This document shows positions 9,707 through 17,701 of a DNA stretch of 32,000 nucleotides, piece after piece (within the stretch, counting starts at the first letter, position 1; every line of letters begins with the position of its first letter). The stretch covers positions 1 to 32,000 of the forward strand of contig FP565575.1 of assembly GCA_000091165.1 (NCBI GenBank), written 5' to 3'. The translations under genes were made by a program, and so were the position numbers. A model generated the notes under the pieces. The model did no database searches and had not been told where the DNA came from. It saw only the letters and a list, made by a program, of their open reading frames with translations. The stretch comes from Candidatus Methylomirabilis oxygeniifera (GTDB taxonomy: Bacteria; Methylomirabilota; Methylomirabilia; Methylomirabilales; Methylomirabilaceae).

Positions 9707-10489
9707 TTAACCCTCCAGGGCCAGGATGCGGAGCATCTCCTCATGGAGCAGGCCGTTGCTGGCCACGATCTGGGGGTTCGAGAGGTGATGCGGCCCACCG
9801 CGAAGATCGGTTATACGGCCGCCCGCCTCTGTGACCATCAGCACGCCTGCCGCCATGTCCCACGGATACAGCTTCAGCTCCCAGAAGGCGTCGAATCGGC
9901 CGGCGGCCACATAACACAGGTCAAGGGCTGCGGAGCCTGGGCGACGGATACCCTGCGCGTGCTTCATGAACCTCACAAAATAATCGAGGTTATTATTCTT
10001 CGTGCCCGCGACGTCATTCGGAAATCCGGTGGCCAGCAGGGCGTCCGACAGTATGTGGATGGTCGAGACCTGTAATCGCTTGCCGTTCAAGAATGCTCCT
10101 GCGCCTCGCTCGGCCGTGAATAGCTCCTCCAGGTTCGGATCGTAGACTAACCCAAAGATCAGCTCGCCGTCCTTTTCCACACCGATCGATACCGAAAAAC
10201 AGGGATAGCCGTGGGCATAATTCGTGGTGCCGTCCAGCGGATCGATGAGCCAGCGGTATCCGGAGTCGCCGTCAAGTCTGGTCCCCTCCTCGCACACCAC
10301 GCTATGGTGGGGCAACTTGCGCCGAATCAGGTCGGCGATCGCTGCCTCCGAGCGGCGATCCACGGTGGTAACGAGGTTCTTCACGCCCTTGTATTCAATG
10401 GTTCGACTCTGCTCGAGTCCCTGACGAAGGATCGCGCCGGCCTCCTTTGCGGCCCGCAGCGCCACCATGCGTATCATGTCAATGTCCAT
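9707..10489 (-). CDS. Inositol monophosphatase family protein (SuhB-like)
   Basis: WLIDPLDGTTNYAHGYPCFSVSIG metal-binding motif and RRPGSAALDLCYVAAGRFDAFWE. Confidence 0.93.
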   Translation of the reverse strand: MDIDMIRMVALRAAKEAGAILRQGLEQSRTIEYKGVKNLVTTVDRRSEAAIADLIRRKLPHHSVVCEEGTRLDGDSGYRWLIDPLDGTTNYAHGYPCFSVSIGVEKDGELIFGLVYDPNLEELFTAERGAGAFLNGKRLQVSTIHILSDALLATGFPNDVAGTKNNNLDYFVRFMKHAQGIRRPGSAALDLCYVAAGRFDAFWELKLYPWDMAAGVLMVTEAGGRITDLRGGPHHLSNPQIVASNGLLHEEMLRILALEG

Positions 10490-10659
10490 CCAGCCTCCTT
10501 GTGAAAATTAGTGTTAGTGTATCACATTCGCCGACCGGTGTCGAAGGCTTCGCGCTCGTGCCGTCTCGCGTTGCTCCAGTCAAGGGGTGATGATAATATG
10601 TGTGCGGGCGTCGGCATTCGGCATCACACGCGGCAGACGCATTCGCGGAGACCACAAGC

Positions 10660-10779
10660 ATGGCTATTGTCTGGAAGTGCCTCATCTGCGGTTATTACCA
10701 TCAGGACGATCGACCGCCGGACCACTGTCCGAGCTGTGGCGCGCCCAGAGAAGAGTTCGTTCTTGTAGAGGAGGACTGA
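10660..10779 (+). CDS. 39-aa rubredoxin-like zinc/iron ribbon protein
   Basis: Translates to MAIVWKCLICGYYHQDDRPPDHCPSCGAPREEFVLVEED, with CxxCG and CPSCGAP knuckles as in rubrerythrin C-terminal domains. It falls below the supplied ORF track's apparent length cutoff. Confidence 0.75.
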   Translation: MAIVWKCLICGYYHQDDRPPDHCPSCGAPREEFVLVEED

Positions 10780-10826
10780 TTGTCGTTGAAGCCCTTTGAG
10801 AATCTGGTGAGAAGGAACAGCGCCCC

Positions 10827-12521
10827 ATGAGTCTTCCGTCGCTGGCTGTCATCCTGCTGGTGGGGATCGCGGTCGGGTATCGGCTGTACAGTCGGTTTGT
10901 GGCCAGACAGTACGGCTTGGACGATACACACCTCACCCCGGCGTGCGAGATGAATGACGGGGTGGATTATGTGCCGACGAAGCCCTTCTACCTGCTGGGC
11001 CAGCACTTCAGCGCCATCGCTGCCGCAGGTCCTATTGCCGGCCCGATTATGGCCGCCCAGATATTCGGGTGGCTTCCCTGTCTGCTCTGGATCGGTCTGG
11101 GGACTATCTTCATCGGGGCGGTCCATGACTTCTCCAGCCTGGCGGCGTCGGTCAAGCACCGTGCCCGGTCGATCGCCGAGATCGTCCGTCTCTACCTGGG
11201 ACAGCGTGGCTGGCTCGCCATGATGCTCTTTATCTGGCTTGCCCTGATCTACGTGATCGTGGCCTTTACCGACATCACGGCGAGCACCTTCGTGGGCAAG
11301 ACGGAAGAGTTTGAGGGGGAGACCTTCGCATTCAACCCTGGTGGGGCCGTGGCCGCCGCCAGCACGATGTACCTGCTCCTGGCCGTCCTCATGGGATTGA
11401 TCCAGAGGCGGTTCGACCCGCCGCTCTGGCTCCAGACGATCATCTTCGTCCCGGCAACCTTAGGCGTCGTCTGGTTCGGCACAAAGATCTCGACGCTCCT
11501 CATCCTGGATGTAAAGATGTGGGGGGTCCTGATCCTGGCCTACTGCTTTGCGGCCTCTCTTTTGCCGATGTGGCTGCTCCTCCAGCCGAGGGGGTACCTC
11601 GGTGGATTTATCCTCTACCTGACCCTCTTTGTCGGCCTCATCGGAATCTTCTTCGGCGGGTTTCAAGTCGAGCAGGAGAGCTTCAAGACCTGGCGCGCGC
11701 CGGGAATGACCGGCGCGCTGTTCCCGTTTCTCTTTGTCACCATCGCCTGCGGGGCCTGTTCCGGATTCCATGGCCTGGTCTGTTCCGGAACGACGTCAAA
11801 ACAGATCGAGAAGGAGAGCCACTGCCGGCCAGTGGGGTACGGCGCCATGCTGCTGGAAGGGTTCGTAGCCTTTATCGCGCTGGCGACCGTCATGATCGTG
11901 GCCCAACCCCAGCTCCAGGGAATGGCGCCCGGTAAGATTTATGGGGACGGGATTGGCAGGTTTCTTGCGATCCTCATCGGGCCGGAACACCTTCGATTCG
12001 CAATGACCTTCGGGGCCATGGCCTTTTCCACCTTTGTCTTTGACACGCTGGATGTCAGCACCCGTCTGAGCCGCTACATCATTCAAGAGCTGTTCAACTG
12101 GTCGGGGAAGAAGGGGGCGATGCTGGCGACCGCACTCACGATAGCGCTTCCCCTCTTTCTCATCATGAGATCGGGCGAAGGCGCGTATCGACTCTTTTGG
12201 ACCCTCTTCGGGACCGGCAATCAACTCCTGGCGGCCCTGACCCTGTTGGGGATTACGGTCTGGCTCAAGAGGTCGGCTCGACCGACCTGGTTCGCCCTGT
12301 TCCCGATGCTCTTCGTTATGACCATGACGATCTGGTCCCTGGTCATCCAGGCGCGGGAGGCCTATGCAGTCATTCTGCAAGAGGGTATCGTCCTAAACAC
12401 GACGATCTTGAATGGGGTTGTCAGTGTGAGCCTGCTGTGTCTCGCGGCTATTCTGATCATTGAGGCGTTGCGAGCCCTCGCCCAACCGGTGATGTCTACC
12501 GTCAAGGCCCCCACTACCTGA
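10827..12521 (+). CDS. cstA: Carbon starvation protein A (CstA) family peptide/pyruvate transporter
   Basis: Large polytopic membrane protein with HFSAIAAAGPIAGPI, SVKHRARSIAEI and GACSGFHGLVCSGTTSKQI. Confidence 0.95.
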   Translation: MSLPSLAVILLVGIAVGYRLYSRFVARQYGLDDTHLTPACEMNDGVDYVPTKPFYLLGQHFSAIAAAGPIAGPIMAAQIFGWLPCLLWIGLGTIFIGAVHDFSSLAASVKHRARSIAEIVRLYLGQRGWLAMMLFIWLALIYVIVAFTDITASTFVGKTEEFEGETFAFNPGGAVAAASTMYLLLAVLMGLIQRRFDPPLWLQTIIFVPATLGVVWFGTKISTLLILDVKMWGVLILAYCFAASLLPMWLLLQPRGYLGGFILYLTLFVGLIGIFFGGFQVEQESFKTWRAPGMTGALFPFLFVTIACGACSGFHGLVCSGTTSKQIEKESHCRPVGYGAMLLEGFVAFIALATVMIVAQPQLQGMAPGKIYGDGIGRFLAILIGPEHLRFAMTFGAMAFSTFVFDTLDVSTRLSRYIIQELFNWSGKKGAMLATALTIALPLFLIMRSGEGAYRLFWTLFGTGNQLLAALTLLGITVWLKRSARPTWFALFPMLFVMTMTIWSLVIQAREAYAVILQEGIVLNTTILNGVVSVSLLCLAAILIIEALRALAQPVMSTVKAPTT

Positions 12522-12534
12522 CATGAGGGAGCGA

Positions 12535-13317
12535 ATGCCGGAAAAGGAAGAGCTGCGGACACTTCTGGACTTTGCCGTCGATGCGGCCCGGCAGGCCGGC
12601 GAGATCACCATGGAATATTTCCAGACCGCTTTGTCGCCGGAGCGAAAACCGGACCGAACCTTTGTGACGGCGGCTGACCGTCAAGCTGAGGAGAGGCTCC
12701 GGGCGTTAATCCGACAGGCCTACCCGGACCACGGCATTCTTGGGGAAGAGTTCGGCGAGCAGCAGGGCAGCTCCGGCTGGACCTGGATCATCGACCCGCT
12801 CGACGGGACCGCCTCTTTCCTTCACGGTGTTCCGCTCTTCGGTGTCCTGCTTGGATTAGAGGTCGAGGGAGAGGTTGTTCTGGGGGTGGCGAACTTTCCC
12901 GCGCTGGGTGAGGTGGTCTATGCCGCCAGAGGGTTAGGCTGCTTCTGGAACGGGCGTCGCGCTGTCGTGTCAGGTGTAGACGATCTGAAGGAGGCGCTGC
13001 TCCTGTACACCGACGGCGCCGGCTTCGAGCCGTATGGACGGGAGGCGGCCTTCCGTCATCTGACCGCCGCCGCTCGGATGCACCGGAGCTGGGGCGATTG
13101 TTACGGTCACATTCTGGTTGCAACGGGACGGGCGGAGGTGATGCTCGATCCGGTGATGAACATCTGGGACTGTGCGGCACTGCTGCCGATCCTGCGGGAG
13201 GCGGGTGGAACCTTTACGGATTGGCAGGGGCGGCCGACTATCCGTGGCGGGGATGCCATCTCGACCAATAGGCGGTTACTTGATCAGGTGATGCACGTTG
13301 TCAAGAAGGGGAAGTAA
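12535..13317 (+). CDS. Inositol monophosphatase family / histidinol-phosphatase-like protein
   Basis: WIIDPLDGTASFLHGVPLFGVLLG, GEEFG and MNIWDCAALLPILREAGG. ATG at 12535 or 12523. Confidence 0.88.
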   Translation: MPEKEELRTLLDFAVDAARQAGEITMEYFQTALSPERKPDRTFVTAADRQAEERLRALIRQAYPDHGILGEEFGEQQGSSGWTWIIDPLDGTASFLHGVPLFGVLLGLEVEGEVVLGVANFPALGEVVYAARGLGCFWNGRRAVVSGVDDLKEALLLYTDGAGFEPYGREAAFRHLTAAARMHRSWGDCYGHILVATGRAEVMLDPVMNIWDCAALLPILREAGGTFTDWQGRPTIRGGDAISTNRRLLDQVMHVVKKGK

Positions 13318-13356
13318 GGGCGCAGTTTTCTGGCCCCTGCCTCGACTCATGAAAGC

Positions 13357-13391
13357 AAAACGGGCGCTCCCTTCCGATCCGGGAACGCCCG
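13357..13391 (-). terminator. Rho-independent terminator for the minus-strand YtxH gene
   Basis: CGGGCG(13361-13366)/CGCCCG(13386-13391) stem with inner CCC/GGG, followed on the minus strand by TTTT. Confidence 0.65.
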
Positions 13392-13416
13392 CAACCAACA
13401 AGACCGCAACAGACGA

Positions 13417-13737
13417 TTATCTCTCTTGCAGCTTGCCTCGCTCTCTGTCCATCGCCTCCTTACCGGCCTGATAGGCGGCGGTGAGGATCGCCTTTTTCTC
13501 TTCAAAGACCTCTTTGCCTACCCCGAACACATCCTCGACCCGATCCCTGACGTCATCCACGAGATCGGTGCTCCGATCCTTGACGTCTGTCGCGAGGTCT
13601 CTGAGGCGAGTGCGGGTCTGTCGGCCCCCCTCAGGAGCGAATAGGAGCGCCAGACTTGCCCCAAGCACACCGCCAACGATAAACGCGAGAGCAACAGATG
13701 CAGGAGCACATCCCCGTTCTTCACTCATGTCCGTCAC
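13417..13737 (-). CDS. YtxH domain-containing protein
   Basis: ASVALAFIVGGVLGASLALLFAPEGGRQTRTRLRD N-terminus followed by a coiled segment. Confidence 0.85.
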   Translation of the reverse strand: MTDMSEERGCAPASVALAFIVGGVLGASLALLFAPEGGRQTRTRLRDLATDVKDRSTDLVDDVRDRVEDVFGVGKEVFEEKKAILTAAYQAGKEAMDRERGKLQER

Positions 13738-14123
13738 CTCCTTCCTATGAGCCGTACGATAAGAGTTTTCAGGCCAACCCGAAGGCCGGTCGAAAAGGCA
13801 GCGCCGGTGATCAGCTTCGGAAAAACGAATTGCTGTACTAATTGATTCACATTCCGTACGGTTTGCCCCGCTTCGGCAATCGAGTCAAACGTCCCGCCCA
13901 TTTTCCCTAGCCCGCTGGTCACTTGGTCAGAGGCGCGATTAAGATTTCCGATGACGTCTTTCAGTTCGACCAGCATAGGTCGTAATTCACACTCGACCAC
14001 CCTGAGAAAATCCTCAGCCTGTCTGGCAGTCCTCCGAAGCTGCACAAGCATGGGGATCATGCTGCACACCAGGAGGAAGAATAGGGCCACAATCGCCCAT
14101 AACGCATACTCTACCGTGGACAT
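13734..14123 (-). CDS. DUF948 domain-containing protein
   Basis: N-terminal TM followed by MIPMLVQLRRTARQAEDFLRVVECELRPMLVELKDVIGNLNR. Overlaps the start of the YtxH gene. Confidence 0.75.
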   Translation of the reverse strand: MSTVEYALWAIVALFFLLVCSMIPMLVQLRRTARQAEDFLRVVECELRPMLVELKDVIGNLNRASDQVTSGLGKMGGTFDSIAEAGQTVRNVNQLVQQFVFPKLITGAAFSTGLRVGLKTLIVRLIGRR

Positions 14124-14666
14124 CAGTCTCCTCAGCGAATATCTAAAGAACCGATAATCACTATACCCTAATCATCCGTTAAGGTCAAGGTGGAAGATGG
14201 TACTTCATTTTTAGCTTGACAATGGGGTCCTCCTTAGTTAAATTACCTTTCGAAGTTGTTCGAAGTAAGGCCGCTGGCCCAAATCCTGCCGAATGAGATG
14301 CCGGCCCATGTACCGGAGTAATCGGCACCCGTACCGTTCACACAGGTGAAGATTAGCGTCAGCTCGATCTGAGTGAATCTGAAATGGTGGGCGGTAAGGC
14401 GGAAGGTTGCAAGGTGTGCTGGTTACCGGTTTCAGGAAGAATATCGTAGGCTGATGCGGCACAGCTTGTGCGTAGTATCTGAATTGTAGGATGTTGTAAC
14501 GCTCCGGTCGGATGACAATGTCGCTGCTGCGGTTGTTCCGAGATTGATTCTCCATAGGCGGTCGTGGGTGAGTCCCTATGAGATACAATCTGAGTTGCAT
14601 CGAGCAGTGGATATCGTCGGGTGGCCAGAGTTAACCGCTAACCAGTCAAACTAAGGGAGGATTTCA

Positions 14667-14759
14667 GTGGATCGCGGAGACACAATACTGTTGTGGCTTG
14701 CGGCTGGTGGCCTGTTGCTCTTCGTGACAATCGCTATGGTCATTTCGTTCATGAGTTAG
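14667..14759 (+). CDS. 30-aa single-pass membrane peptide
   Basis: AAGGGAGG at about 14655 precedes GTG at 14667. The peptide is MDRGDTILLWLAAGGLLLFVTIAMVISFMS followed by TAG. Confidence 0.5.
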   Translation: MDRGDTILLWLAAGGLLLFVTIAMVISFMS

Positions 14760-15116
14760 TGGCTCCGGTAGATGTAACTTCAGGATCGCACGAACTCATG
14801 ATATCAGAGCAAGAAGTTCCCAGTAGGCCGAAGGTTGGAATGCTCATTTCCGATATCGCGGCTGTACCGGTGAGACCTTTCGCCTAGGGTCCGCGGGTTC
14901 GGGCAATATCGGTATTTGGCGAGTGAGTTCGTAAGAACCTGTCGCCTTTGCTGAGCTTTCGAACCACGAGTAATCCGAGTTGTCCGCTGGTTGCCCGTTG
15001 ATGGGCTGTCGCAGTCGGGTAATCGGACAAGAAGCTGAGGTCGTCGCTTCTTTGATGACTCGGAATCGCGGTTAGGTCAATATGTGTAGCCGGGCGCGGT
15101 CTGCGCCCGGCTTTTT
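14760..15116 (+). ncRNA. Candidate structured non-coding RNA ending in an intrinsic terminator
   Basis: No convincing ORF. Multiple nested perfect stems (14918-14922/14942-14946; 14974-14980/15058-15064; 14981-14986/15024-15029; 15029-15035/15046-15052) then the terminator at 15089-15116. The 5' end is unknown. Confidence 0.5.
15089..15116 (+). terminator. Rho-independent terminator
   Basis: Perfect 9-bp stem GCCGGGCGC-GGTCT-GCGCCCGGC followed by TTTTT. Confidence 0.88.
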
Positions 15117-15302
15117 CCAGTTTGTGGTCAATTCTGATGACCAGCCGCTCGGCATACTTTTCTCAAAGCTCTGCCTCCATCGAGCAGCGCTACGGATTAA
15201 ATCCCAGGATCTTCTCCAGCGTAAGCATCCCGCTCACCACAACCATGGTCGGTATCTGGACCTTCTGACGTCAGGTGGTTGAGAAGTGAGCGATAAGAAG
15301 CC

Positions 15303-15869
15303 TCACTCCCGAGCACGGACAACGAGGACCGGTCGATCGGCCGACCGCAGCACATGCTCTACTACCGAGCCCAGGAGCAGGTGCTTCATCCCGGAATAGC
15401 CGTGGGATGCCATGACGATGAGATCCGCCCCCTTGGTCTCAGCTTCCTCGCAGATCGCATCATGGACCGATCCGGCGATCTCCACCACTCGCACCTCCGT
15501 TTTCACCTTTCCCTCTGCGCGAACTTCCTCAGGCACAAGCGCTTCCAGCGAAGAGAATAGATCTTCCCGTATCTCTGCCCGCTCCTCAGCAAGCGTCTCC
15601 CCAGGCGTAGGCTGGGAGTAGAGCGGGTCCGGCATCCCGGATACGTCAACCGCGCACAAAAGGATGACAGTGCCGCCCCGTCCTGCCAGGATGCCATAGG
15701 CATGAGGGACCGCGGTATTTCCAAGGGGCGAGAGATCTGTGGTCACCAGCACTTTCTGATATTGTGGCAACATGGCGTGAAACCTCCTTGTCAAGCAGGT
15801 TATCGCTCTTCGCTCACCGAGATTGTGGCGATTACTCTCGCGACTCTCCAGTGCACCGGTACGCGTCAC
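15303..15869 (-). CDS. Universal stress protein (UspA family)
   Basis: KVLVTTDLSPLGNTAVPHAYGI, and ATP-binding GADLIVMASHGYSGMKHLLLGSVVEHVLRSADRPVLVVR. Confidence 0.93.
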   Translation of the reverse strand: MTRTGALESRESNRHNLGERRAITCLTRRFHAMLPQYQKVLVTTDLSPLGNTAVPHAYGILAGRGGTVILLCAVDVSGMPDPLYSQPTPGETLAEERAEIREDLFSSLEALVPEEVRAEGKVKTEVRVVEIAGSVHDAICEEAETKGADLIVMASHGYSGMKHLLLGSVVEHVLRSADRPVLVVRARE

Positions 15870-16120
15870 GTTCTTGAGAACATCTTCAATTTATCCCCCC
15901 GCGAGAATCTTGTCAATAAGTGAGCAAGCAAGCACCAAAAGTAATGTTATGATATTTATATATGACATATCGGTAAGCATCCGAGAGTAACGAGAGTCAT
16001 GGTGGAGAATTGGCGCCTTGGTCTTATCAAAATGCAGCAATCAGTGCTCAGCGGTCAGCAGATAAACCCTCCATGATCCCCCTTCGTAAAGGAGGATTGA
16101 GGAGATTTTAATCCGCCGCA

Positions 16121-17140
16121 GTGCGGTCGTGGTTGCATGGAGTGTTACTAAGCCATTGTAAGGGACAATTGAAGCGAAGTTCAACATACCTGGCAGCGGT
16201 GGCCGGGACAGCTTTCCTCCTTGTCGCGCTTGGTGTCTGGGCTGTCGGCTTGGGGGGTTGGCGTACAGCCTCGCCCATGCCGCTCGAACGAACCGAGGTG
16301 GCGATGGCAGCTCTCGATGGAAAAATCTACGTGATCGGGGGTTTCAAGGCGTTCTTCATTGGCGGCGTCACCGATGCCGTTCAGAAGTACGACCCGGCTC
16401 TTGACCGGTGGGAGGACCGGGCACCGCTCCCCGAGGCACTGCATCACGTGGCAGCCGCCGGCATAGACGGTAAGCTGTACGTGGTCGGCGGGTATCGCCA
16501 AGTCTGGCCCTGGCAACCGGTAGCGAGCCTTTGGCGCTACGATCCGGCTATCAATCGCTGGGAGGCAAGACGGTCGATGCCGACGGCGAGGGGGGCGCCG
16601 GCTGTAGCCGTAATAAATGGAAAACTGTACGCAGTGGGGGGAATGACTAGCCAAGTACTCGACGTCCATGAGGAGTACGATCCGGTGACGGATACCTGGC
16701 GTAAGCGGGCACCCATGCCGACAGCTCGCGATCACCTTGCGGCCGCGGCCCTGGGTGGCAAACTATATGCGGTGGGTGGTCGCGTCGGAACGCGCGTTGG
16801 AACGCTGGGCGAGAATCTGGCTGCGACCGAGGTCTACGATCCGGTCGCTGACCGCTGGGAGACGAGGCAGCCGATGCCGACCGCCAGGGGTGGCATCGGC
16901 GCCGCGGCCTTGGGCGGCCGGCTGTTTGTCTTCGGCGGCGAGGAATCTGCCGGGACCTTCGCCCAGACGGAAGCCTACGATCCGGTCACTGACCGCTGGA
17001 CGGCTCTGGCGCCGATGCCGACGGCCCGACATGGCCTCGGTGCGGCAGCCGTCGGCGGCAAGATCTTTGTCATCGGGGGTGGCGTGAAGCCGGGTGCCTC
17101 AAAGAGTGGTCTCAACGAGGTCTTCGACCCCGGCCCATGA
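16121..17140 (+). CDS. Kelch-repeat beta-propeller protein with N-terminal membrane anchor/signal
   Basis: About six Kelch repeats (e.g. LDGKIYVIGG, YDPALDRWEDRAPLP, LGGRLFVFGGEE, VGGKIFVIGG). Start codon uncertain. Confidence 0.88.
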   Translation: MRSWLHGVLLSHCKGQLKRSSTYLAAVAGTAFLLVALGVWAVGLGGWRTASPMPLERTEVAMAALDGKIYVIGGFKAFFIGGVTDAVQKYDPALDRWEDRAPLPEALHHVAAAGIDGKLYVVGGYRQVWPWQPVASLWRYDPAINRWEARRSMPTARGAPAVAVINGKLYAVGGMTSQVLDVHEEYDPVTDTWRKRAPMPTARDHLAAAALGGKLYAVGGRVGTRVGTLGENLAATEVYDPVADRWETRQPMPTARGGIGAAALGGRLFVFGGEESAGTFAQTEAYDPVTDRWTALAPMPTARHGLGAAAVGGKIFVIGGGVKPGASKSGLNEVFDPGP

Positions 17141-17307
17141 CGCAACGGTCTGGGCATGAGGCTGGTTGCTGGCTATCGTGCGCGTTCAGCCGCCGTGCGG
17201 GTCTGGCAAGACGCGCGTCAACCACAACCGGCTTCGCCGGCAAGTCGGCGTGCTTTGCCGCGTACGGTAGCACGGTCGGCTGCAAGCGCAGGTACCCTGC
17301 TCTATTG

Positions 17308-17595
17308 TTATAGCGAGTACACTGGTACGAGCACCTCGCGTTCCGCTGCTCGACGCCCGCGAACGCTTTCTTCTATCGTCTTCAGCACATTCGCGGCATA
17401 ATAACGTGTGCCGCATTGAGTACATACACCAGCGGGAACATTTTCAATCAGAACATATTGTCCACGCACCTGGCGATGCAACGTCACGTGCTTTTCGACG
17501 ATAGGCCCACCGCAATACTCGCAAGTCTCGCCTTTCCAGGCCTTCTGCCCGGGGCCATGACGCGGCTCGACCCACTCAGGGTGAACGCTATAGGG
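17308..17595 (-). CDS. YgiT-type zinc finger protein (MqsA N-terminal-like)
   Basis: TCEYCGGPIVEKHVTLHRQVRGQYVLIENVPAGVCTQCGTRYYAANVLKTIEE, a CxxCG...CxxCG arrangement. The 5' end is approximate; the supplied ORF begins at 17721. Confidence 0.65.
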   Translation of the reverse strand, partial: PYSVHPEWVEPRHGPGQKAWKGETCEYCGGPIVEKHVTLHRQVRGQYVLIENVPAGVCTQCGTRYYAANVLKTIEESVRGRRAAEREVLVPVYSL

Positions 17596-17701
17596 CGTGA
17601 AGAACACGGCTCGAAAGTTCCGAACGTCCAACGCTGGCGGTGAGCCGCCGCCGGAAGCGGAAGCGCAGCGGACGCTGTAGGCGGTCGGCTCCAATGCGAG
17701 G

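Noticed and set aside
14238-14600. 120-aa minus ORF in the DUF948-UspA gap
   Set aside because: No recognisable motifs, unusual composition and no clear RBS. It cannot be supported as coding, though the area may be a degraded gene.
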